From assembly GCA_044336805.1 (NCBI GenBank), contig JBIIOS010000003.1, positions 1 to 37,066 of the forward strand: a DNA stretch of 37,066 nt, written 5' to 3'. Numbering within the stretch: the first letter of the stretch is position 1; every line of letters begins with the position of its first letter. Source of the stretch: Candidatus Nanopelagicales bacterium. Its GTDB lineage: Bacteria > Actinomycetota > Actinomycetes > S36-B12. This document shows positions 9,664-17,903 of the stretch, in pieces. The notes under the pieces are model-generated. The model saw only the letters and a program-made list of their open reading frames with translations. It was not told where the DNA came from and did no database searches. Position numbers and translations under genes: made by a program.

Positions 9664-10889
9664 TGTCACTGCGCACTCAACCCGTGTCCGAGCGGATTAA
9701 CAAGATCAGTGATGCCTACAAAGGATCCCGATTGTCCTTGTTGGCAGATCACCCACTGAGCACGTACTACCTAATCATGGGGTCAACGCTTTTACTATTG
9801 GGGCTCGGGTTGGTCATGGTGCTGTCTGCCTCATCGGTGGAAAGTGTTCGCATATTTGGGTCGGCCTACACACTTGCCCAGCGGCAGACGCTCTTTGCTG
9901 TCGCTGGCGTCATTGCCTTAATTTTCGCCGCTCGTTCGTCAATTCAATTTTGGCGCAAGACCGCTTGGATATTTCTCGCGGGTGCGTTCGTGCTCCTTGT
10001 TTTGGTGCTCTTTATTGGCGATGAAGTTGCTGGCCAACGGAACTGGATTGAAATCATTGGTCCATTTAAGTTACAGCCCAGTGAATTTGCCAAGCTCGCT
10101 CTCGTTATTTGGGGCGCAGAAGTCTTGACGAGAAAGGATCGCCATATTCCCACTTGGAGGAATATTTTGGTCCCCATTCTTCCGGTAGCCGGAATCATGA
10201 TGATCTTAGTTTTGCTCGAAGGTGACTTTGGAAATACGTTGATGCTCGGTGCGATCCTGTGCGGAATTCTTTTTGCTGCAGGAATTCCGATTCGCCTTTT
10301 TGCACTCTTTGGTGGTTTCGGTCTCTTTTTCGTGTGGATGTTGACTCTTGCGGCGCCTTATCGCATGGAACGCATTACTAACTGGCTCAATCCGGATTCA
10401 GATCGCCTCGGGTTTGGCTGGCAGGTCGCTCAGGGTCAATACGCATTGGGAACGGGTGGAATTTGGGGAGTAGGACTGGGCGGCAGTCGTGAGAAATGGG
10501 GCTCACTTCCCGAGGCGCATACTGACTTTATTTTCCCTGTGATTGGGGAAGAATTGGGTTTAGTGGGAACTTCCGCAGTCCTGTTGCTATTCGGGATTCT
10601 GGCCTTCTCTATTTTTCGGTTGAGCAAGAATTCACAGGAACCATTTGTTCGTTTAGCCGCTGCCGGCGTCGGGTCGTGGATCGTTGTTCAAGCTGTAATT
10701 AATATCGGTGCTGTACTTGGGCTATTACCCGTAACAGGAGTTCCTCTCCCGCTCGTTTCGTATGGAGGGTCTTCATTGGTCCCCACATTGTTCGCCATAG
10801 GGATGCTGCTGGCGTGTGCTCGGAATGAACCCGGGGCACGCCGCATTATTCGACGAAGGCAAACAGCTTCCGCTATGCGTCGACGCTAA
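9663..10889 (+). CDS. ftsW: SEDS peptidoglycan glycosyltransferase FtsW
   Basis: VMVLSAS, QPSEFAK, LPEAHTDFIF, GVPLPLVSYGGSS; multi-TM. Confidence 0.96.
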   Translation: MSLRTQPVSERINKISDAYKGSRLSLLADHPLSTYYLIMGSTLLLLGLGLVMVLSASSVESVRIFGSAYTLAQRQTLFAVAGVIALIFAARSSIQFWRKTAWIFLAGAFVLLVLVLFIGDEVAGQRNWIEIIGPFKLQPSEFAKLALVIWGAEVLTRKDRHIPTWRNILVPILPVAGIMMILVLLEGDFGNTLMLGAILCGILFAAGIPIRLFALFGGFGLFFVWMLTLAAPYRMERITNWLNPDSDRLGFGWQVAQGQYALGTGGIWGVGLGGSREKWGSLPEAHTDFIFPVIGEELGLVGTSAVLLLFGILAFSIFRLSKNSQEPFVRLAAAGVGSWIVVQAVINIGAVLGLLPVTGVPLPLVSYGGSSLVPTLFAIGMLLACARNEPGARRIIRRRQTASAMRRR

Positions 10890-10916
10890 CCTCGAGTGTT
10901 ACCAGGGAAACGTGCA

Positions 10917-11993
10917 ATGAAATTCGTCCTCGCCGCCGGTGGAAGCGCCGGTCACGTTTATCCAGCCATTAATACTGCCCGAGCCATTCTGGAACTCGAT
11001 CCCGGTGCCGAAGTCACGATTATGGGGACGGATCGTGGTTTGGATACAACTTTGGTTCCCCCGACTGGACTTGCACTTGAGTTATTGCCGTCTGCTCCCT
11101 TTCCCCGGAAATTTGACGTGCAGGCAATCGCATTTCCCCCAAAATTTCTCAAGTCCATTCATCTGGCTCGTACGTTTATGAAGAAAAACAAGACGGATGT
11201 TGTTATCGGGTTTGGTGGATACGCCAGTGCTCCGGCGTATTTGGCCGCAAAGAGTTTGGGACTGTGCGTGATTGTCCATGAAGCAAATTCAACCGCTGGC
11301 TTGGCAAATAGATTGGGGTCACGGATCACATCCAATGTTGCATCCATGTTTGACGGCGTCATCCCTGGAGCTCGGGTAATCGGCATGCCCCTGAGTCGGG
11401 ATATTGTTGAGCTTGACCGGCTTCGAAGCCGAATTGAGGCTCGCGAGTTTTTCAGCCTTCCGCAAACCGGCCCTGTTCTTCTCGTTTTTGGTGGTTCCCA
11501 AGGCGCACAATCCCTAAATTCCGCATGTGTCGCGGCCTTACCCGAGTTACTGAGTGCTGGCGTGAACGTCATTCACTCGGTGGGAGGTGCAAACTTTCAA
11601 CCGGGGAGTGAAATCACAGACTCTTCTGGTGCGTGCTACATCCCTGTCCCATTCATTCATCGCATGGACTTGGCCTATAGCGCTGCTGACTTGGTTATCG
11701 CACGTGCCGGCGCCATGACCGTAGCTGAGATTTCGGCTGTGGGTATTCCCGCAGTCTTTGTTCCGCTTCCGATTGGAAACGGTGAGCAAAAGCGGAATGC
11801 TCGCAATTTAATTGACAGTGGGGCGGCACGCATATTTGAGAACTCCGTGTTCACGCGCGAGGTCATCGTGAGTGAATTACTGCCCCTGGTCCTCAATACG
11901 GCGGAACTCGAGCGGATGCACGCTGCATTCAATGTTGGGGACTCACTAAATGCTGCTAAAGAATTGGCGCGGTGGGGGTTATCGTGTTCATGA
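10917..11993 (+). CDS. murG: Lipid II synthase MurG
   Basis: GGSAGH, GFGGY, HEAN, FGGSQGA, RAGA, GEQ..NA; ATG 10917 preferred (SD AGGGA) over GTG 10896. Confidence 0.95.
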   Translation: MKFVLAAGGSAGHVYPAINTARAILELDPGAEVTIMGTDRGLDTTLVPPTGLALELLPSAPFPRKFDVQAIAFPPKFLKSIHLARTFMKKNKTDVVIGFGGYASAPAYLAAKSLGLCVIVHEANSTAGLANRLGSRITSNVASMFDGVIPGARVIGMPLSRDIVELDRLRSRIEAREFFSLPQTGPVLLVFGGSQGAQSLNSACVAALPELLSAGVNVIHSVGGANFQPGSEITDSSGACYIPVPFIHRMDLAYSAADLVIARAGAMTVAEISAVGIPAVFVPLPIGNGEQKRNARNLIDSGAARIFENSVFTREVIVSELLPLVLNTAELERMHAAFNVGDSLNAAKELARWGLSCS

Positions 11994-12027
11994 ACATGGC
12001 GCTCGCGTTGAAAAGGAGTTAGCGAAG

Positions 12028-13437
12028 GTGACTTTGCAGGATTTGGGTCGGGTACACGTCGTAGGCATTGGTGGCGCAGGGATGTCCGGGATCGCACGAA
12101 TCTTGGCCTCACGTGGTGTGCACGTCACCGGCTGTGATGCGAAGGACTCTCGCAGACTTGCGGCACTCAGCGCAGTGGGAATCGACACCGTGATCGGTCA
12201 TGATCCCGCTCACGTGGGTGAGATCGACACCCTTATTCTCTCCACAGCGATCCCAGCAAAGAATCCCGAACGCCTCGAGGCGTCCCGTCTGGGTAAACGC
12301 GTGATGAACCGCGCAGAGGCCTTAACCGCAATCATGAGCGGATTCACGGGTGTCGCAGTAGCGGGTACTCATGGTAAGACGACGACTACATCAATGCTCA
12401 CCGTTGCACTCCAGCATGCGGGAGCTGATCCATCTTTCGCCATTGGAAGTGAGCTCAATGAAAGTGGCGCAAATGCGCATCTAGGTACCGGCAGTCTTTT
12501 TATCGCTGAAGCCGACGAGAGTGATGGAGCATTTCTTCAACTGAATCCGAGTATTGCCATAGTGACAAATATTGAGGCAGACCACCTGGATTATTGGGGG
12601 ACTTTTGAGGCTATTGAGCAAGCATTTCTTGACTTCGCTTTGGGGGTAAAGCAGCGTGATGGATTTCTGGTCGTGTGCATTGATGACCCGGGAGCCGCTC
12701 GACTCATTGTTGCGGCGCGAGCCGCAGGAGTCGACATTCGCAGCTACGGCGAGTCCCCTGACGCGGATTTTCATATGGTGGACGTCCAGCCTTCTTCGCA
12801 GGGGTGGAGGTTTGATACGGCGCATCAAGGCGTGCGATTGGGCCAGGTACAACTCCAGGTATTTGGACATCACAACGCTTTAAACGCGCAAGCAGCCCTG
12901 GTAGCCATGATCGGAATGGGATACACCGCCCAACAGGCTATTGGGGGCTTGAGAAAATTCAGCGGCACTCGACGCCGTTTCGATTTCAAAGGTGAAGCGG
13001 GTGGCATCCGCGTATATGACGATTACGCTCACCATCCCACTGAGATCACCGCCACCCTTCGTGCAGCGCGCGAACTATTAGGGCAAGGCCAACTAATTGT
13101 GGCATTCCAGGCACACCACTATTACCGGACAGCTTTGTTTTCAAAGGAGTTTGGTGCAGCGCTTGGTTTAGCCGACAAGGTTGTTGTACTTGAAGTATTT
13201 GCACCGGGTGAGGAGCCCATCCCGGGGGCTAGCGGTCAAACAATGGCTGCGAATGTCCCGCTAGCCGCGGATTGCGTAATTTTTGAACCGTCCTGGTCTG
13301 CCGTTGCCCAAGACCTGATTCGAGGTGCCTGCAGCGGTGACATCATTATGACTTTGGGCGCAGGAGACATTGGTTTGATCGCCATCGAAGTTGTTGAGAG
13401 GCTGCAAGAACGCGAACCAGGCCGCGGACATGACTGA
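12028..13437 (+). CDS. murC: UDP-MurNAc--L-alanine ligase MurC
   Basis: GIGGAGMS, GTHGKTTTT, EADESD, DHLD, DDYAHHPTE; GTG 12028 chosen from SD AAGGAG (ORF-track start 11950 overlaps murG). Confidence 0.95.
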   Translation: MTLQDLGRVHVVGIGGAGMSGIARILASRGVHVTGCDAKDSRRLAALSAVGIDTVIGHDPAHVGEIDTLILSTAIPAKNPERLEASRLGKRVMNRAEALTAIMSGFTGVAVAGTHGKTTTTSMLTVALQHAGADPSFAIGSELNESGANAHLGTGSLFIAEADESDGAFLQLNPSIAIVTNIEADHLDYWGTFEAIEQAFLDFALGVKQRDGFLVVCIDDPGAARLIVAARAAGVDIRSYGESPDADFHMVDVQPSSQGWRFDTAHQGVRLGQVQLQVFGHHNALNAQAALVAMIGMGYTAQQAIGGLRKFSGTRRRFDFKGEAGGIRVYDDYAHHPTEITATLRAARELLGQGQLIVAFQAHHYYRTALFSKEFGAALGLADKVVVLEVFAPGEEPIPGASGQTMAANVPLAADCVIFEPSWSAVAQDLIRGACSGDIIMTLGAGDIGLIAIEVVERLQEREPGRGHD

Positions 13438-14161
13438 TCAACCTACTCAGGATTTCACCGCTTATCGTGCGAACCGGCTGAGGAAAAAAATCTGGTTGTT
13501 TGTGGTTTCCGTCATCGTGATATTCGCAGGTTTCCTTATTTGGTTGGTGTGGTTTTCCTCGGTATTCGCTGTGAAGGAAGTTCAGGTTATTGCCTCAACT
13601 GGCGTGACCCTGTCAGCGGATCAAGTTGCACAGGTGCAGGAAAAAGCGAATATCCCACTTAATCAACCGATCGCCCGACTCGATACCGACACTTCGGCCC
13701 AAGCGATTGTAAATCTTCCATGGGTTTCATCCGTTGAGGTGCGTCGAGGCTGGCCCAACGAGGTTGTTGTGGCATTGGTCCCGCGGATTCCACTTGCTCG
13801 GGTCGCAGGCCAGGGTCAGAGTCAGGGAGTTGATGCCCAAGGAATAGTTTTTGCCTCACCGAATTTGGACGGCTTGCCACTGATTGAAGCTACCGGGCCC
13901 CCACTTGTGTCAGCGGTTGAGGTTGTGTCCCAATTGCCGAAGAGCCTGGCCCAAAAAGTAGTCCGGGTCAGGGCGCAGTCCATTGACAGTGTGGAACTGG
14001 ACCTGAAATCAGGGGCCGTGGTTCGGTGGGGCAGTGCTGACGAGCCTGAGTTCAAGGCGGCCGTTCTCGAGGCGTTGCTATCTCTCCGGGCCCAAATTTA
14101 CGACGTCAGCGCGCCGGAATTGCCCACCACAACGGATGAAAAGGGACCCAAGAAGCGCTAA
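13430..14161 (+). CDS. ftsQ: Cell division protein FtsQ/DivIB
   Basis: Short cytoplasmic N-terminus, one TM, POTRA (LPWV..V.R.WP) and C-terminal YDVSAP; ATG 13430 overlaps murC end; directly upstream of ftsZ. Confidence 0.9.
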   Translation: MTDQPTQDFTAYRANRLRKKIWLFVVSVIVIFAGFLIWLVWFSSVFAVKEVQVIASTGVTLSADQVAQVQEKANIPLNQPIARLDTDTSAQAIVNLPWVSSVEVRRGWPNEVVVALVPRIPLARVAGQGQSQGVDAQGIVFASPNLDGLPLIEATGPPLVSAVEVVSQLPKSLAQKVVRVRAQSIDSVELDLKSGAVVRWGSADEPEFKAAVLEALLSLRAQIYDVSAPELPTTTDEKGPKKR

Positions 14162-14229
14162 ACCTCGGACCTGAATCAACCCTTGGTGGAAAAAATGTTA
14201 AATATTTCTGAAAAATGTGGCTTTCTGAC

Positions 14230-14259
14230 TTGCGCTTTGGTATCTGGACCGTCTAAGGT
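14230..14259 (+). promoter_or_regulatory. Putative housekeeping promoter for ftsZ
   Basis: TTGCGC-18 nt-TAAGGT, with an AT-rich tract upstream (~14189-14218). Confidence 0.45.
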
Positions 14260-14285
14260 CCGCGCGGCCACAAGCGGACCATTTG

Positions 14286-14312
14286 CTTAGCCTCTGGTAG
14301 AGGTTGAGGGTT
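14286..14312 (+). promoter_or_regulatory. Inverted repeat upstream of ftsZ, FtsR-box-like
   Basis: CTTAGCCTCT-GGT-AGAGGTTGAG-GGTT imperfect dyad; the AGGTTGAGGGT half resembles my recollection of the actinobacterial ftsZ motif bound by MerR-type FtsR in Corynebacterium. Confidence 0.55.
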
Positions 14313-14372
14313 TGTGGCTAAAGAGTTCGATGGACCCCCTTTCATCGACACGAACGGAAAAGGAGAGCGGCC

Positions 14373-15458
14373 GTGGCGGCTCCACAGAATTACTTGGCAG
14401 TTATCAAAGTTGTTGGTATTGGTGGCGGCGGTGTTAACGCTGTCAACCGAATGATTGAAGTCGGCCTCAAAGGGGTCGAGTTCATCGCTATCAACACAGA
14501 CGCACAAGCGCTGCTCATGAGCGATGCTGACGTGAAACTTGACATTGGTCGCGAGCTCACCCGAGGTTTGGGCGCAGGCGCAAATCCCGAGGTTGGGAAA
14601 AGAGCAGCCGAGGACCACCTGGAAGAGATCGAAGAGGTGCTTCGCGGGGCTGACATGGTTTTTGTCACTGCAGGCGAGGGCGGCGGAACCGGCACCGGCG
14701 GTGCACCGGTTGTTGCCAAAGTTGCGCGATCCCTTGGCGCGTTGACAATCGGTGTGGTTACCCGGCCATTTGGTTTTGAGGGACGCCGCCGCATGTCACA
14801 GGCCGACCAAGGCGTTGATGAATTGCGTGCCGAGGTCGACACGCTGATCGTGATCCCCAATGATCGATTGTTGTCACTTGCTGACCGTGAAATCTCAGTC
14901 ATTGATGCATTCCGCCAGGCAGACCACGTCTTGTTACAGGGAGTAAGCGGAATCACCGACCTCATAACGACTCCTGGTCTCATTAACCTTGACTTCGCTG
15001 ACGTCAAGAGCGTCATGCATGCGGCCGGGTCAGCACTCATGGGTATCGGTTCCTCTCGCGGTGAAGATCGTGCTGTTCAGGCAGCTGAAAAGGCGATTTC
15101 CAGTCCACTGCTCGAAGCTGGCATCGACGGTGCACGTGGCGTGCTTTTGTCGATATCAGGTGGCAGCGATTTGGGACTTTTCGAGATCAATGAAGCGGCC
15201 CGACTCGTGGCCGACGCCGCACACCCTGATGCAAATATCATCTTTGGTGCGGTGATTGACGACACTTTGGGCGATGAAGTTCGAGTGACCGTTATTGCAG
15301 CCGGCTTTGATGGCGGGGAGCCACCTGCGAAAAAGGTAGCGGTAAAAGAGGCTGTGCTAGTTGAGGCTGCTGTTTTCGGACAGAGCGTTACCAAGCCCAG
15401 AGCGGTTTCATTTGATGACACCGACGATGATCTTGATATCCCCGATTTCTTGAAGTAA
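14373..15458 (+). CDS. ftsZ: Cell division protein FtsZ
   Basis: [35 protein letters not shown]-terminal DLDIPDFLK; GTG start with SD AAGGAG. Confidence 0.99.
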   Translation: MAAPQNYLAVIKVVGIGGGGVNAVNRMIEVGLKGVEFIAINTDAQALLMSDADVKLDIGRELTRGLGAGANPEVGKRAAEDHLEEIEEVLRGADMVFVTAGEGGGTGTGGAPVVAKVARSLGALTIGVVTRPFGFEGRRRMSQADQGVDELRAEVDTLIVIPNDRLLSLADREISVIDAFRQADHVLLQGVSGITDLITTPGLINLDFADVKSVMHAAGSALMGIGSSRGEDRAVQAAEKAISSPLLEAGIDGARGVLLSISGGSDLGLFEINEAARLVADAAHPDANIIFGAVIDDTLGDEVRVTVIAAGFDGGEPPAKKVAVKEAVLVEAAVFGQSVTKPRAVSFDDTDDDLDIPDFLK

Positions 15459-16232
15459 ATGATCCTTCCCCTTGCCAGTGGTGTTATTGCACCGGTGGCA
15501 CCTGGTGACCGTCCAGCTTTCTGGGCGGTCACTGGTCGTTTAGGCGGCCATAGTGTTGGTGAATTCTCGCAGGCAAATATTGCCCAGCATGTCGGTGATG
15601 ACCCAGATGCCGTGGCGCGTAATCTCGAGGAGTTAGGCGGACTCGTTCAGGTCCAAGGACGCGAGCTAGCCCTGATGCAGCCAATTCATGGAAATGGCAT
15701 TGGTCGGGTTACACATCCAGGAATGGTCATCGGCGTGGACTCACTTGTCACTGAAGAGTGCGGCATGGGGCTAGTAGCCATGGGAGCGGACTGTGTCCCT
15801 TTGATTCTTTATGGATCACGAGGACATGAGAAACCGATAATTAGCGCCGTCCATTGTGGATGGAAAGGCTTGGTAGCGGGTGTCGTCACTGCCACCATTA
15901 CTGAACTTCGGCTGCGTGGAGCGAATGAAATCCAATCCATAGTTGGGCCGGCAATCTGTGGCTCGTGCTATTTGGTTTCACCGGATCGTCGGGAATTGGT
16001 CAGGACTTCCACTCCCGCAGATGTTTCGGAGGCCGCGCTGGGCATTGCGGGTGGGATAGATGTCCGCGCAGGAGTGTTATCCGAGCTGACGCGTGAGCGC
16101 GTTGGCTCGCAAGTAATTGGAGGCTGCACTTTTGAGAATCCGGAAACCCTCTTTTCGTATCGCAAAAATGATGGAAGGACTGGGCGTCAAGGAATAATCA
16201 TTGCAATGCACGAGAGTCGGGAGCGGTCATAA
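15459..16232 (+). CDS. pgeF: PgeF/YfiH/YlmD family (peptidoglycan editing factor, laccase-like fold)
   Basis: HVGDD, ADCVP, H(C)GWKG, GPAIC..CY, FSYR..GRQ; follows ftsZ; exact start uncertain. Confidence 0.88.
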   Translation: MILPLASGVIAPVAPGDRPAFWAVTGRLGGHSVGEFSQANIAQHVGDDPDAVARNLEELGGLVQVQGRELALMQPIHGNGIGRVTHPGMVIGVDSLVTEECGMGLVAMGADCVPLILYGSRGHEKPIISAVHCGWKGLVAGVVTATITELRLRGANEIQSIVGPAICGSCYLVSPDRRELVRTSTPADVSEAALGIAGGIDVRAGVLSELTRERVGSQVIGGCTFENPETLFSYRKNDGRTGRQGIIIAMHESRERS

Positions 16233-16927
16233 TGGAAAATTTGATGGCGCGTCGCGATGAACTTAAGCGCAATATGGAAGCTGCTCGCGCACGGATCGAT
16301 GCCGCGAGCGGGGGTAGATCTGTTGATCTATTGGTGGTATCAAAAACGTACCCGGCTACCGATGTTGAAATCCTCGACGAGCTCGGGCAGAAAAATTTTG
16401 GGGAGAATCGCGATCAAGAGGCCAAGCGCAAAGCTGTGGAGTGCGACAGTGCTCGTTCTATTCAGTGGCACATGATTGGTCAACTACAAAGTAACAAGCT
16501 CAACTCTATTGCCCGCTGGGCCGACGTCGTTGAGTCTTTGGATCGGATTGACCTGATTGCGCCTTTGGAGAGGGCAGCCGCGATGGCTAATCGGACTATT
16601 CAAGTTCTGATTCAGATCAACTTGGATCCTTTGGACGCACCACATCGCGGTGGGCTAAATCAAGATGCCGTTCCTGGATTTCTTGAAGAATTGGAGAAAG
16701 CTCCGCACCTGAAATTAGGAGGAGTTATGGGTGTTGGGCCGCATCCTGACCTCGGGGTCGACATAACGGCGGCTTTTGAGCAACTGGCCGATGTCTCAGC
16801 CGCTATAACAGCATCCCACCCGCAGGCAACCGTAATTTCAGCGGGGATGTCAGCAGACCTGGAGGAGGCGATACAGGCGGGGGCGACACAGGTGCGCCTC
16901 GGTAGCGCGATCCTCGGCCAGAGGTAA
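16232..16927 (+). CDS. yggS: YggS/YlmE family PLP homeostasis protein
   Basis: VSKT (PLP lysine), FGENR.QE, WHMIGQLQSNK, SAGMSADLE.AI..GAT.VRLG. Confidence 0.95.
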   Translation: MENLMARRDELKRNMEAARARIDAASGGRSVDLLVVSKTYPATDVEILDELGQKNFGENRDQEAKRKAVECDSARSIQWHMIGQLQSNKLNSIARWADVVESLDRIDLIAPLERAAAMANRTIQVLIQINLDPLDAPHRGGLNQDAVPGFLEELEKAPHLKLGGVMGVGPHPDLGVDITAAFEQLADVSAAITASHPQATVISAGMSADLEEAIQAGATQVRLGSAILGQR

Positions 16928-17003
16928 TGTGTGCAGTAAAGTTAGGTTATGCGCTGTGGGTTCATTAACTTTTCATTCGTGTTCGATGCTAGGAGGGTAG
17001 ACA

Positions 17004-17600
17004 ATGGCTAGTGGTATCCGCCGAATGGCCGTCTACCTCGGGTTGGTTGAAGACGATTCCTACTCTGATGAAAGTTCGAATGGGGGCTACGACGATCCCC
17101 GAAGTACTCGAAATTCACCCGAGCGCTACGAATCTAGGGTCCAAACGTCGAATCGGGCCAGCTCATCCCGTGGGTTCGCTGATGAATACGGTTACGAATC
17201 GTCATCCAATTCACAAGCGACGCGGACTCGTGAGCCCAGAGGTGTCAGGACTATCCGTCGCGATGAAGAACTGCCCAGTCGCAATGTTGTAGCGTCCTCC
17301 CAGCCGCAGCGAAATTTTGAATTCGGTCGCATCGAATCGATCCACCCACGTTCATACAATGACGCGCGTCGAATTGGTGAAGAGTACCGCGAGGGAATCC
17401 CGGTGATCATGAATCTGGGTGACCTTGACGACAGTGACGCAAAGAGGATTATTGACTTCGCTGCAGGGCTAGTTTTTGGTTGCCGTGGCAGTATTGAGCG
17501 GGTGACCAATAAGGTCTTCTTGCTTTCGCCAGTGAACGTTGATGTGGGAGACCAAGCGCGGGCGCAAGTTGCCCAAGACGGTTTCTACAATCAAAGTTAA
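17004..17600 (+). CDS. sepF: Cell division protein SepF
   Basis: N-terminal amphipathic RRMAVYLGL, disordered linker, C-terminal PVIMNL...RIIDFAAGL...VFLLSP; SD AGGAGG at 16991-16996. Confidence 0.96.
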   Translation: MASGIRRMAVYLGLVEDDSYSDESSNGGYDDPRSTRNSPERYESRVQTSNRASSSRGFADEYGYESSSNSQATRTREPRGVRTIRRDEELPSRNVVASSQPQRNFEFGRIESIHPRSYNDARRIGEEYREGIPVIMNLGDLDDSDAKRIIDFAAGLVFGCRGSIERVTNKVFLLSPVNVDVGDQARAQVAQDGFYNQS

Positions 17601-17606
17601 CTCGGG

Positions 17607-17612
17607 TATGTT
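17607..17612 (+). promoter_or_regulatory. -10 element for leaderless yggT
   Basis: GG-TATGTT 6 nt before GTG 17619; no SD. Confidence 0.5.
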
Positions 17613-17618
17613 GGCCTA

Positions 17619-17903
17619 GTGAATACGGTCGGCGCATGGATCGCCAATATCCTTTTCCTTTACCTACTTGTTCTCATTGGCCGCTTGATATTTGACTTTG
17701 TCCAGGTTTTTGCTCGCGACTGGCGTCCATCCGGCTTCATCCTGATCATCGTTGAAGGTATTTATACCCTCACCGAGCCCCCATTGAAACTGATTCGGCG
17801 GTTTATCCCACCGTTACGATTGGGTCAGGTGTCTCTGGATCTGGGGTTTTTAATCCTTCTGATTGGTCTTCAAATTCTGATCGGGATTTTTCGAGGCCTT
17901 TAA
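17619..17903 (+). CDS. yggT: YggT family membrane protein (SepG/YlmG)
   Basis: TEPPLK.IRRFIPPLR.G..LDL motif, hydrophobic termini; follows sepF. Confidence 0.93.
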   Translation: MNTVGAWIANILFLYLLVLIGRLIFDFVQVFARDWRPSGFILIIVEGIYTLTEPPLKLIRRFIPPLRLGQVSLDLGFLILLIGLQILIGIFRGL

